This document shows positions 49,550 through 58,921 of a stretch of 64,000 nucleotides of DNA, one piece after another. How positions within the stretch are numbered: position 1 is the first letter of the stretch; each line of letters begins with the position of its first letter. Position numbers and translations under genes: made by a program. The DNA is from a virus, in the IMG/VR virus record IMGVR_UViG_3300047557_004034, positions 64,001-128,000 of that record; one strand, given 5' to 3'. The notes beneath the pieces are model-generated. The model searched no databases and was not told the origin of the DNA. It saw only the letters and a program-made list of their open reading frames with translations.

Positions 49550-51052
49550 ATGTCAATACTTAGGTCATACGTTAATAGAAATAACACAATAATTTCAGAT
49601 TCATATGCAAACACGGCAAGAAATCCCGTGATGCAATTGAATTTTGGTTCTTCGGATTTAATTGCTCCAAGTTACGGTTATACCAGATTTATATTTGATT
49701 TGGATTTAGATTATTTGAGACAACAAATACAAAGCGGATATATTTCAACAGGTTGTACGACTGGTATGACCCATATTTTTCAAATGACAAATACATCATC
49801 TTTCGATGAGGATTTGATTAACGAAGATATGAGTGATGGTAAAAGAAGAGCATCTTCTTTCGATTTGATTTTGTTCAGAATACCTAAAACCTCGGGAACA
49901 ACCGGAAACATCCAGCCTTGGGACGAGGGAGTAGGTTACGATTATACAGAATCGAATAAAAACCAAAATGGTTTGATGGGTGGATTATATCCAATAACAT
50001 ATGTAGACCCAAGGTCGTATTCAGACAGACCTTCAAATTGGTATTTAACTACAAATGTATCTGAGTGGTCTCAAGAGGGAATATACAACAACAGAAATTT
50101 GGGGATTGTAAATTATTCCGCACTTACAATTGTAGATAGACAACACTTCGAATTCGGTAATGAAGATATCAATTTTGATATGAGTGATGAAATCAACAAT
50201 ATCTTGTTTGGAAATTTAACAGGTGTTACAGGATGGGGTATCGCGTATCTACCTGATGTCGAAAACATAAGCGGATTGACAATTTCATACAGTGTGGGAT
50301 TCTTTACCAGACACACACAAACTTTTTATCAACCATTTTTACAGACAACATACAACGACTTAATCGAAGATGACAGAAATATTTTTGTCAAAAATCAAAC
50401 TAATAATTTATACTTATACATTTATCAAAATGGAGTACCAGTAAATTTAGATAATTTACCAACAGTCAGAATCGAGGATAGATTAGGTGACCCTGTTTCA
50501 GGTATGACATCATTATCCACATGTTTAAGAACAAAAGGGGTTTATGAGGTTACAGTTCCAAACGGTTTTACGGGATACTCATCACCTTGTGAATTTTATG
50601 ATATATGGTCAGGATTAACTCTGAACGGACAACCTTTATCGAACGTTCAAAATCAATTTGTCCTTCAAGATTATTCTGCTAGAGTACAAATTGGTACAAA
50701 CACTAAAGAGCCTGAAAAATTCGGATTCGACTTTTATGGAATATTACAAAATGAAAAAATATTAAATACCGATATCAGAAAAGTTGGTGTAACTATTAAA
50801 AAGTCCTACAGCACACAACAACTATTACAGAACTTAGAATCCTTTTATCGTATCTACGTTAGAGAAGGGAATACTGAAGTTCAAGTACAAGATTGGACCC
50901 CAATCAATAGAACACCAAATGAATATTATTTCATGTTCGATACAAGAGATAAAATTCCTAACCAATACTATGTCGATATCAAAGTCAACATAAGTGGTGA
51001 TGTAGATACTTATAAGAAACAATTAACATTTCAAATTGTTAACAAAAAATGA
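49550..51052 (+). CDS. Putative baseplate-associated structural protein
   Basis: Beta-rich; NNTI..N......TRFIFDLD and WDEGVG patterns; follows the spike gene; TATTTAT upstream. Confidence 0.5.
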   Translation: MSILRSYVNRNNTIISDSYANTARNPVMQLNFGSSDLIAPSYGYTRFIFDLDLDYLRQQIQSGYISTGCTTGMTHIFQMTNTSSFDEDLINEDMSDGKRRASSFDLILFRIPKTSGTTGNIQPWDEGVGYDYTESNKNQNGLMGGLYPITYVDPRSYSDRPSNWYLTTNVSEWSQEGIYNNRNLGIVNYSALTIVDRQHFEFGNEDINFDMSDEINNILFGNLTGVTGWGIAYLPDVENISGLTISYSVGFFTRHTQTFYQPFLQTTYNDLIEDDRNIFVKNQTNNLYLYIYQNGVPVNLDNLPTVRIEDRLGDPVSGMTSLSTCLRTKGVYEVTVPNGFTGYSSPCEFYDIWSGLTLNGQPLSNVQNQFVLQDYSARVQIGTNTKEPEKFGFDFYGILQNEKILNTDIRKVGVTIKKSYSTQQLLQNLESFYRIYVREGNTEVQVQDWTPINRTPNEYYFMFDTRDKIPNQYYVDIKVNISGDVDTYKKQLTFQIVNKK

Positions 51053-51801
51053 TAAAGAAATTGAATGAACAAGTTAAAGCTCAAGCTAGCCCTAACAAAA
51101 ATGTAATTATAAATGGACAGGAGTATAAGTTAGAAGTAAAGAAAGGATTTGGGTGGATGGGAGTAAATGTTGATAAACTTGTTCCAACTAAGGACGGGTG
51201 GCAAGTTACAGCAAGTAAATTAGGAATGAGTCAGACAGACTTAGTCCCTCAAGATACAATAAATTTAGTAGTAAAAAACATAGGACAACCCATGATAGAT
51301 TTAGGAGGTAAAACACCAAAAAGATTGGTTAAGGTAAACGAAAATAAAGTTGTAAAGTTTACAGAAAAAGATTTAACTAATCTTGTTAGTAGAGTGCTAA
51401 AAGAACAGAAAGAGAATTATATGTTCTTCTCTAATTTGATGCAAATTAGAAGACAATGTGATATGATGCTAAAAATGGACCATGAGCAAATCGACCAAAT
51501 TATACAAGATGGTCATGATTGGGCGGATGACCATGTTAGTGAGGCTAAAACAAACTTAGACCAAGTTTTTGATTTCTTTATGAACGAGACAAGGAAAAGA
51601 GAAAGTTATGCAGAATTTGAAGAACTAAGTGAAGGAAAGAAAAAAACAGGAAGTAAATTATGTTCTCGAGGTAAAGCCGCTGCTAAGTCTAAGTTTAAAG
51701 TATATCCTTCAGCTTATGCAAATGGATATGCCGTACAAGTTTGTAAAGGAAAAATTAAAGGATTGGACGGAAAAAAACAATGCTCAGGTACCTATTGTTA
51801 A
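51049..51801 (+). CDS. Multi-segment late protein with C-terminal YPSAYA (DUF5872-like) module
   Basis: KAAAKSKFKVYPSAYANGYAVQVCKG; internal FTEKDLTNLVSRVLKEQ. Confidence 0.55.
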   Translation: MIKKLNEQVKAQASPNKNVIINGQEYKLEVKKGFGWMGVNVDKLVPTKDGWQVTASKLGMSQTDLVPQDTINLVVKNIGQPMIDLGGKTPKRLVKVNENKVVKFTEKDLTNLVSRVLKEQKENYMFFSNLMQIRRQCDMMLKMDHEQIDQIIQDGHDWADDHVSEAKTNLDQVFDFFMNETRKRESYAEFEELSEGKKKTGSKLCSRGKAAAKSKFKVYPSAYANGYAVQVCKGKIKGLDGKKQCSGTYC

Positions 51802-51828
51802 TTCAATTGAAATTATTATATTTTCAAA

Positions 51829-52236
51829 ATGAAGGTCAATAAACCATTAGGATTACTTTTTAGGGTTTATCTTCATCTTAGAGATAAATTCAATCCAAAA
51901 CCAATAATCTCAGAAGAAGAAAAATATGCAATATCTATTGCAAAAAATCTAATTGTTATTCCAACAACAAAACTTTTGTTTGCTCCAATCTCTAACAAAA
52001 GATTTATACATAATGATGAAAAAAACATCTACATTGTAGGTGAAGCTAGAAACTTAACAATCATTAATCACACGTATAGTTATAGCATTTATATAGAAAG
52101 TGATGAACTATATGAGTCTTTCGTTAATGAATTTAACGAAGAAATGGAAACAAGAAGACTAATTTTAGAAAACGAAATAAAAAATAATATTAAGTATTCA
52201 CTCAAAAATATATTAGATACTGTTTCGTCTTCTTAA
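51829..52236 (+). CDS. Hypothetical protein
   Basis: 135-aa ORF with upstream TATATTT element. Confidence 0.55.
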   Translation: MKVNKPLGLLFRVYLHLRDKFNPKPIISEEEKYAISIAKNLIVIPTTKLLFAPISNKRFIHNDEKNIYIVGEARNLTIINHTYSYSIYIESDELYESFVNEFNEEMETRRLILENEIKNNIKYSLKNILDTVSSS

Positions 52237-52914
52237 ATTTTCTTTCAATACTTTTTTTATCAATTCTCTTACTGATTCATTTTTCTTTTTTGGTTTGTAA
52301 GAAACCATTTTTGGTTTGTTTCCCGTACCTGATTTAGGATTTGTTTTTTCTGCCTTCCTTTTTTGAGCACACGCCGATTTTTTTTGTGAATCGGTCATTT
52401 TTGATGCAACACTTCTAGCCCTACATTTTGGGTATCCCTTACTTTCTGCTTCTGACCTACCACACGGGGGATGACCACCGCCTTCTTTTTTTCTACAAAT
52501 ATTAACCCATGGACCTTGAGGTTGAGAACTACCTTTCTTCTTTTTCTTAGTGCCGAACCATACAGCCAAATCTTCTTTTAGAAAATTGATTTCTTTAGGA
52601 GGTAAACCTGATGATGTAGGATTCAAACCACTTCCTTCTTCGTCATTCTGACCTGTATAAAATTTTTTTAGATACATAGTTGCATTTGATAATTTTTTAG
52701 TTTTTCTTTCGATGGACGCCCTTTTTTCGGGTGACTCTTTAAAATCTCCATCCGCCTCTTCATATGCCAACTCAGCATTAGAATAAGTGTAAACTGGTTC
52801 TATAAAAGGACCTAATTGGTCGTCCTCCCATTTTTGTGGTACTAATACTATTGGTACTTTAAATTTACCTGAACTTCCTGAGCTTGTAGCTTCACTGATT
52901 CCATTTTTTTTCAT
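52213..52914 (-). CDS. Basic late protein with HPPCGR...YPKCR module
   Basis: EDLAVWFG..WVNIC..HPPCGR..YPKCR; TATTTAT 5 nt upstream. Confidence 0.6.
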   Translation of the reverse strand: MKKNGISEATSSGSSGKFKVPIVLVPQKWEDDQLGPFIEPVYTYSNAELAYEEADGDFKESPEKRASIERKTKKLSNATMYLKKFYTGQNDEEGSGLNPTSSGLPPKEINFLKEDLAVWFGTKKKKKGSSQPQGPWVNICRKKEGGGHPPCGRSEAESKGYPKCRARSVASKMTDSQKKSACAQKRKAEKTNPKSGTGNKPKMVSYKPKKKNESVRELIKKVLKENLRRRNSI

Positions 52915-52941
52915 ATATTATAAATATCTTAATTAAGAAGT

Positions 52942-53205
52942 ATGGAAAAAGAACAACCTCAAGGTTTTTTATTTGATAGTATTGCTTTTTATTCTGAAGA
53001 GTCTGTCGAAAATATGATTAATAATTTAGACAAAAAAACGGTATACTACGTCCTGACTCAAGCATTGGCTTATGCCCATACAAAAAATGTCTTTTCACTA
53101 ACAGAATCAGAAATAATTTCCAAGTCTTTGAGGATACTTAATAAAGAAATATATTCTTATGATGACACAACAGGACAAAGCGCAAGTAATATCGAGAATA
53201 ATTGA
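52942..53205 (+). CDS. Hypothetical protein
   Basis: 87-aa ORF with plausible composition. Confidence 0.55.
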   Translation: MEKEQPQGFLFDSIAFYSEESVENMINNLDKKTVYYVLTQALAYAHTKNVFSLTESEIISKSLRILNKEIYSYDDTTGQSASNIENN

Positions 53206-53374
53206 ATTAGAATTAGAAATCACTCGTGCTGTGATAGGTGGACACAAACCAAGTGGTAATGATAAATTCGAAGATAAAAGACAGGAGTTAACTCTACTAC
53301 GTTGTTTGTATTTTGGATATCGAACAAAATTTTGTAATATAAAAAAGGGGTTTCATGGAACCCCTTTTTCTTAG
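53159..53374 (+). CDS. Hypothetical small helical protein
   Basis: ORF overlaps the previous gene by 47 nt and runs through a terminator hairpin. Confidence 0.4.
   Translation: MMTQQDKAQVISRIIELELEITRAVIGGHKPSGNDKFEDKRQELTLLRCLYFGYRTKFCNIKKGFHGTPFS
53342..53369. terminator. Bidirectional intrinsic terminator
   Basis: AAAAAGGGGTT-TCATGG-AACCCCTTTTT. Confidence 0.75.
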
Positions 53375-53438
53375 AATAATTTTCAGAAAAAAATAGGTTA
53401 ATTATTTTTTAATTTTTATTTTTGCTGAAAGAATTTAT

Positions 53439-53816
53439 ATGATTAAATGGATAATCCTTTTATTTTGGATTTCAAACCCCTTTTTTACCCGTTCTCAGTC
53501 GATTGAATACGTTGGTCCAATCAATGAGGAAATAACCAAAATAATGACACCTGGTGAGCTTGTATTGTATTCTGAGTGTATTGTTGCTATAGGTAAAGAA
53601 CGAGAGCACCTAAAATGGGTCGATACTAAAACACAGATTTCTTTTCTAAAGAATCAAAAAAAATTTAATCACCTTTCTGTTTCAATAAATTCTACTGACA
53701 AAGTTACTCAACTAAAATACTTTAAAGGTGTACAAAAGCTTGGTGAAGAAAAAGTCCTTTTGTCTTTGAATAGAAAAGTAAATCAGAGTTTTATCGAGGT
53801 TTTTCTTTTTTATTGA
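53439..53816 (+). CDS. Putative exported protein with signal peptide
   Basis: MIKWIILLFWISNPFFTRS-Q N-terminus; exact TAnnTTTG (TATTTTTG, 53417-53424) upstream. Confidence 0.45.
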   Translation: MIKWIILLFWISNPFFTRSQSIEYVGPINEEITKIMTPGELVLYSECIVAIGKEREHLKWVDTKTQISFLKNQKKFNHLSVSINSTDKVTQLKYFKGVQKLGEEKVLLSLNRKVNQSFIEVFLFY

Positions 53817-55078
53817 GGAGTAACCTTCAACAAATTTTGAAGATTCTCTAAATCTTTTTTTGTCACTTTGTAGTCCCTAACAAAATCTTTCCATGGTAAT
53901 CCTTGAAATCTTTTGAATCGTCTAAATTCTGATAATTTATCAGAGGGAAAATTAAACGAACCATTTTCAACAAACTTGTAAAGTTGAAGTAAAGTTTTAG
54001 GGTCAATACCCTCTTCATTATATTTTATATCAAAAATGGGAGTTGATTTGAAAATTGGTGATTGAACCTTTTTTTCAGAATCGTAAATTGATGTGACTTC
54101 CCCACACTTATTCATCTTGAGAAGTTCAATAGGTTGCTCTGTATTTTTCAAACTTTTCCCTGCTGTTATGAAAGTGGGTTCTAATAACACATCACCGTTT
54201 GTATTGATAATTGTTATGTGGGCAGGGTCACTGTGACACTTGGTCAATGCACACCCAAAAGTTAACGTAATTTCATCAGGGTTCTTGGATAGTATATTTT
54301 TTTTCTGTTCTTCTGAAACAAACAATTTGACCTCTACTGAAGGACCACTTGTTTCTTTACCTGTCCCATTATTCAAATTTATACTCGAGTCTCCATTTTC
54401 AGTGGTTAGTTGAATTCCATTTGCCCACATATAAAAAACTGCCTCGTTACATTTATGACATCTACTTTCATCAACATCAGGTTTACACCATTCCTTTTTA
54501 TAATCAACAATAATGTAAAAACCTAAATCACAGAATTCTTCTTCCTTTTCTGCTGATGTCAAAATATTGAATGACACATATTGCCAACGTGTATACCTAT
54601 CCTGTGATGCTAACGCCTTGATTTGTTCTGTTGTTGCTTTCTCAGGTGGGTTCCAATCGGGACCTTGTGCACCTAAATCTTTCAAAACAATTTTAACATT
54701 CTGAGGTAATTTTCCTTTGAGGTATTTTTCCATTTGTTCACCTCTTTTTTTAGAAAGTTCACCTGTTTTCAAACTCACGCCACTGTTAGGGACTTTAGAT
54801 TCAGATGACTCAATTTCGACTTCAATTTTTTGATTCTTCGGAAATTCTTTGAGATACTCATTCATCTGACCTACAACCTCATCTACAGCTTCTTTATTGA
54901 AATTAACATAATCACCACTTACAAAAGTATTATTTGGTAAAGTAAATCTTTTTGGTTCTGATTTTACAGTTTTTAATGTTTGTTCATTCAGTAAGTAATG
55001 TCTTTTAGTTGCAGACTTATGGATTTCTAGAATTCTATTGTATTCTTGAGCATTTATATTGAATAACGAGTTGAACAT
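53810..55078 (-). CDS. Late protein with OmpA/MotB-like peptidoglycan-binding-type domain
   Basis: Likely start MFNSLF; FVSGDY..IEVEIESSES..LSKKRGEQMEKYL..QYV resembles the OmpA_C pattern (LS..RA..V..YL). Confidence 0.55.
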   Translation of the reverse strand: MFNSLFNINAQEYNRILEIHKSATKRHYLLNEQTLKTVKSEPKRFTLPNNTFVSGDYVNFNKEAVDEVVGQMNEYLKEFPKNQKIEVEIESSESKVPNSGVSLKTGELSKKRGEQMEKYLKGKLPQNVKIVLKDLGAQGPDWNPPEKATTEQIKALASQDRYTRWQYVSFNILTSAEKEEEFCDLGFYIIVDYKKEWCKPDVDESRCHKCNEAVFYMWANGIQLTTENGDSSINLNNGTGKETSGPSVEVKLFVSEEQKKNILSKNPDEITLTFGCALTKCHSDPAHITIINTNGDVLLEPTFITAGKSLKNTEQPIELLKMNKCGEVTSIYDSEKKVQSPIFKSTPIFDIKYNEEGIDPKTLLQLYKFVENGSFNFPSDKLSEFRRFKRFQGLPWKDFVRDYKVTKKDLENLQNLLKVTPQ

Positions 55079-55125
55079 TGTGATAAAATATATTATAATA
55101 AGTATCATTATTTTATAATATAAAT

Positions 55126-55157
55126 AAAAAAAGGGGACAATAAACATTGTCCCCTTT
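55126..55157 (-). terminator. Terminator downstream of major capsid gene
   Basis: AAAGGGGACAAT-AAAC-ATTGTCCCCTTT with a minus-strand T-run. Confidence 0.88.
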
Positions 55158-55177
55158 GTATTTTGGTTCAGACCATA

Positions 55178-56977
55178 TTATCTCAACTCTTTCAAATCGA
55201 ATGTTCTAACGCCATCAACTGTGATTCTACCATAGAATCTGTTGTTCACCATTTTCTTAGCGTATCTAGTCATGATACCTTTGATTGGTGTAAAGTTGAA
55301 TGGATTATACATTGTTGGTGTAAGTTGTAAAGGAACATATGGTGCGTAGATGTAACCAGTGTCTAATAGAGACGTTCCTTTGTGACCAAGAAGAACTTGG
55401 TTAGCTGGGAAGTAAGGGTCTCTATAAACTTGATAACGTCCTGCAAGAGTACCAACTCTTTCAATACCCATGTTATATTGGTCTTGCTCAGGAGCTGCGT
55501 TTGAAACGTGGAAATACTCCAAGTCATCAAAAATCGCAGAAATTTCTGAAGATACTACAATCCAGTTAGCACCACCTCTAAGAGTTGATTTGTGGATTTG
55601 TGCAGAAATTTGGTTGATTGCTGTGATAAGAGTTTGGTTCCAGTCTTTCTGAGTATAAGGAACAGCGTTAGTTCCCAATCTCTTCCAACCGTTGTAATCC
55701 CATCTTAAGTTCCAAGCCGCACCTTTTCTAAGGTCTCTCAAGATTTCTCTATCGATTTCAGCCGCAACTTGCTCAGACAATAAAGCTGTCAATTCAGCTT
55801 CAGCGTCGATGTTGTGGAAAGCCGCAACGTCTTGTGCCATTTCTGGTGACCATTGAGCTCTTAATTTTCTTTCAGTCACAGAAACTGTTACTGATTGAAG
55901 GTCAAATGAAACCTCACCAATTCTATCTTCAAATTCCAAGTTTTTGTAGATTCTATAAACAGGAACAAACGCATTGTTGTTTCCATTTGTAGACACAAAA
56001 GTAGAACCTGAATAACCATCAAGTGAGTTTTGTCCGACAGTACAAGGAACTTGTAAGTCAACCTCCAAGTAGATGTCACCATTTACATCACAAAGGTTGT
56101 CATATTGACCACCACCTGTTCTAGAGTTAGGGAACGCTAAATTTGCATTGTTGTTACCATACTGAACAATACCTTTACCATATCTTTGAGTTACAACTCT
56201 GAAAAGATAAGGATTAGATGTATTAGCTGATGTGAAAACGTTATCTACAGAACCGTAAATAGTCAAATCAGACAAGAAAGATTCGTTATCAATTGGGTTA
56301 CCGTCTGGACCGATTAATTTACCAGCAGCATCTGACGCAAAACCTGACATGATAATCAATACTTTTCTGTATGTATTTTCTGTATATGCAGCTGGTTCTA
56401 AATTCAATGTTGTAGAATTCCAAGCTGCAGTAACTGCAGTACCTGTAACAGCAGAAAACTGACCTTTTGAATAATCAAACAAACCTGGTGGGTCTAATGC
56501 TGGTTCATTACCTTCGTAAAATCTATCATAAAGGTCTCTACCTTGATTATAGTTATAACCTTCATTTGGTGTTTGGTCTGCCTCCATATTTGGAGAACCG
56601 TAAGGTGCATAGTGTCTGTTAGGTACACCTGTGTCTACGTAATTTTGAATTTGAGGTACAAAATAGAACAATTTACCGATAGGTAAGTTCATTGCTTGTA
56701 CAGATACGATGTCGTTAGCCAATAACTTAGAGAATACTCTTCTGATTATTGGAAATACAACTGTTTCGAAAGAACCTGAGTCAGAAGTTGTTGAAGCTTC
56801 GTTTATCAAGTGTGAAGCTTGGTTTTCATACAACTGAGCTACGTTCTCTTTCATGTGACCCTTAAGTCCTTCTAGGAAACCTAAGTTGTCCCATTTGTTA
56901 ATTGTGTCTTCTTTGATAACTTTAAGGTGCTTAAGACCAATATTACCAACAAGACCTGATTCTAATAAAGCTCCCAT
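55178..56977 (-). CDS. Major capsid protein (T4 gp23-like)
   Basis: PIIRRVF..L.A.DIVSVQAM..P.G..F; RKLRAQWSPEMAQD; DAEAEL..LS....AEIDREI; YAPYVPL; F.P..GIMTRY. Confidence 0.97.
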   Translation of the reverse strand: MGALLESGLVGNIGLKHLKVIKEDTINKWDNLGFLEGLKGHMKENVAQLYENQASHLINEASTTSDSGSFETVVFPIIRRVFSKLLANDIVSVQAMNLPIGKLFYFVPQIQNYVDTGVPNRHYAPYGSPNMEADQTPNEGYNYNQGRDLYDRFYEGNEPALDPPGLFDYSKGQFSAVTGTAVTAAWNSTTLNLEPAAYTENTYRKVLIIMSGFASDAAGKLIGPDGNPIDNESFLSDLTIYGSVDNVFTSANTSNPYLFRVVTQRYGKGIVQYGNNNANLAFPNSRTGGGQYDNLCDVNGDIYLEVDLQVPCTVGQNSLDGYSGSTFVSTNGNNNAFVPVYRIYKNLEFEDRIGEVSFDLQSVTVSVTERKLRAQWSPEMAQDVAAFHNIDAEAELTALLSEQVAAEIDREILRDLRKGAAWNLRWDYNGWKRLGTNAVPYTQKDWNQTLITAINQISAQIHKSTLRGGANWIVVSSEISAIFDDLEYFHVSNAAPEQDQYNMGIERVGTLAGRYQVYRDPYFPANQVLLGHKGTSLLDTGYIYAPYVPLQLTPTMYNPFNFTPIKGIMTRYAKKMVNNRFYGRITVDGVRTFDLKELR

Positions 56978-57007
56978 TTTTGTGAATTTTATTTTTCTTG
57001 TTTATTT

Positions 57008-58576
57008 TTATTTTAGTTTACTCATTAAGTCCTTTATTCTTAAGAATTGAGGAGCTTCGTAAGTTTTGTTTTCAATAAGTGTTGTTGAAGACCCTGTCTG
57101 TACATTTTGTACTAACTTATTCTCAACTGTCTCATTGATTGATTTTGTTTCAGTCTGAGTCAACTCATCTTTAACCGCTCTGTAGAGAGACTTTGATTCT
57201 TTTAAAGATTGAACGTTATCAAACCTTCTCAAAATATTTATCTTTTCCTTTTTAGTTGTTGAGTGTTCAGTAAAGATTCTAGTTGCATATGCTAAATTAG
57301 AGTTGAATATTGCCACTTCGTTCAATTTTTCTCTGAAGACATTTAGAGCCTTTCTATATTCTTCATTCTTCTCTCTCAAAGCAACAACTTCAGTTTCTAA
57401 AGATTCGTTCTTTAAATTCCTATTGTTAGTAATTCCTTTTCTCAAACCTTTAGGTCCAAATGCATAACCTCTAGCAGCTTCTTTAGTTTCAACCTTTTTT
57501 ACTACTTTGGATTTTGCTTCCATGTTTTCACCTTTCTTGTATTCGAACTTAGCTTTTCCAGTCCCCATTGTTTTAGGACCTTCTTTTTTGTCTTCTTTAA
57601 ATCCACCTGAAACTTTGTTCTTATAAGTGAATTTAGGACCAGAGCCAATTCCAACACCTTTAGGTTTTATGGATTTTTTACCTTCTTTCGTTTCTTTTTT
57701 CTTAGCCTTTTTGTGACTATATGATTCCATCATTTCATCTTCATCATCAGATTCCATCATTTCGTCTTCATCATCAGATTCCATCATTTCATCTTCATCA
57801 TCAGATTCCATCATTTCATCTTCATCATCAGATTCCATCATTTCATCTTCATTATCAGATTCCATCATTTCATCTTCATCATCAGATTCCATCATTTCAT
57901 CTTCATCATCAGATGACATGTCTAAGTCAACATCAGATTCCATCATTTCGTCTTCATCTTCTTCATTAAATTCAATTTCATAAACAACTTCTTCATCATC
58001 AACATCCATTTCAACATCAGATTCTAAATCTGACATGTTTGGTTCGTCAGAGAAAATAGCGTCAATTACGTCTTGAACTTTATCATCAGATACTTCTTCG
58101 TTATATTCCATAGTTTCGTGGTTTTCTTCATAGGATTCTCCTAATTTTATAAGATACTCTGCATCTTGTTCGTTGTCTTTGAGATGAACCATTTCATCAT
58201 CTTTTTTTACAATGATTCCATCGTCTTCACCCATAGCTTTAAATACTCTAAGTATTTCTTCGTCAGATGCAGATGTCAAATCAATTGGTTCTTCCATGTC
58301 AGAATCTCCACTTGCGTCAAAATCAACTTCAACATCTTCTTCACCCTCTTCATCATCGGATGACATGTCTAAGTCAACATCAACTTCCTCCTCGGAATCA
58401 ACATTGTCAGTGTCTAACTCATCTTCGTCTTGTTCAGATAAAGACTCTTTTACTAATTGGCTGATTTCTTCCTTCATAGTAGAAGCAAGTATTCCTTTTG
58501 CATTTTCGGCAATAACATCTTCAACATTTTTCATTTGGATGAGTGCCTCTTCAACAAGATTTTTGTTTTCTTGCAT
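57008..58576 (-). CDS. Prohead scaffold/core protein (highly acidic)
   Basis: Directly upstream of MCP; acidic low-complexity middle; coiled-coil C-terminus (LNEVAIFNSNL). Likely start MQENK at 58576. Confidence 0.8.
   Translation of the reverse strand: MQENKNLVEEALIQMKNVEDVIAENAKGILASTMKEEISQLVKESLSEQDEDELDTDNVDSEEEVDVDLDMSSDDEEGEEDVEVDFDASGDSDMEEPIDLTSASDEEILRVFKAMGEDDGIIVKKDDEMVHLKDNEQDAEYLIKLGESYEENHETMEYNEEVSDDKVQDVIDAIFSDEPNMSDLESDVEMDVDDEEVVYEIEFNEEDEDEMMESDVDLDMSSDDEDEMMESDDEDEMMESDNEDEMMESDDEDEMMESDDEDEMMESDDEDEMMESDDEDEMMESYSHKKAKKKETKEGKKSIKPKGVGIGSGPKFTYKNKVSGGFKEDKKEGPKTMGTGKAKFEYKKGENMEAKSKVVKKVETKEAARGYAFGPKGLRKGITNNRNLKNESLETEVVALREKNEEYRKALNVFREKLNEVAIFNSNLAYATRIFTEHSTTKKEKINILRRFDNVQSLKESKSLYRAVKDELTQTETKSINETVENKLVQNVQTGSSTTLIENKTYEAPQFLRIKDLMSKLK
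57723..57911 (-). repeat. Seven tandem 27-bp repeats encoding DDEDEMMES
   Basis: GATTCCATCATTTCATCTTCATCATCA x7 with single-base variants, plus a partial eighth copy near 57936-57960. Confidence 0.95.
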
Positions 58577-58663
58577 AATTTTGATAATTTTATTCAATAA
58601 ATAGTATCAAATAGAAAAAAAGTTTTGATTATCTATCAGAAATTCAAACTTTTATGTTTATGC

Positions 58664-58693
58664 AAAAAAAAAGTGGTCGAATTTGACCACTTT
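58664..58693 (-). terminator. Intrinsic terminator
   Basis: AAAGTGGTC-GAATTT-GACCACTTT followed by a long minus-strand T-run. Confidence 0.8.
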
Positions 58694-58702
58694 AAAATTT
58701 TT

Positions 58703-58915
58703 TTAATCTTCTACAACCTCGTCTATTTTACTTTCGGAAACTGAAGTTATTCTCCAATCGTATGAAAAATTTTTATAAAGTTTTGTAACCTTAGCTTCAA
58801 TATCAGTGACAGTATATCCTTTCACTAATTTTTCTTCTCTGATTTTTTTAATTTTACCACTATTCTCATCAGGTAAATCATAAGTGACTTTTGCCACAAA
58901 ATATTTTTCGTTCAT
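58703..58915 (-). CDS. DUF4494-like small protein
   Basis: YFVAKVTY...GKIKKIREEKLV...VTDIEAKV...ITSVSESKIDEV resembles the Bacteroidota DUF4494 N-domain. Confidence 0.6.
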   Translation of the reverse strand: MNEKYFVAKVTYDLPDENSGKIKKIREEKLVKGYTVTDIEAKVTKLYKNFSYDWRITSVSESKIDEVVED

Positions 58916-58921
58916 GTTTAA

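Noticed and set aside
55079-55147. ORF-track N-terminal extensions (53810..55147; similarly 10993..11424, 15946..16932, 27436, 58597, 3366)
   Set aside because: The extensions overlap terminators, promoter motifs or upstream genes; downstream ATGs were used instead.
57721-57969. 27-bp repeats as a CRISPR array, or a His-rich (IPSFHLHHQ)n protein
   Set aside because: The repeats are contiguous with no unique spacers and are in frame within the scaffold gene; the His-rich ORF is their antisense shadow.
58617-58653. Imperfect inverted repeat AAAAGTTTTGA...TCAAACTTTT upstream of the scaffold gene
   Set aside because: AT-only and imperfect, so it could arise by chance; no function is supportable.
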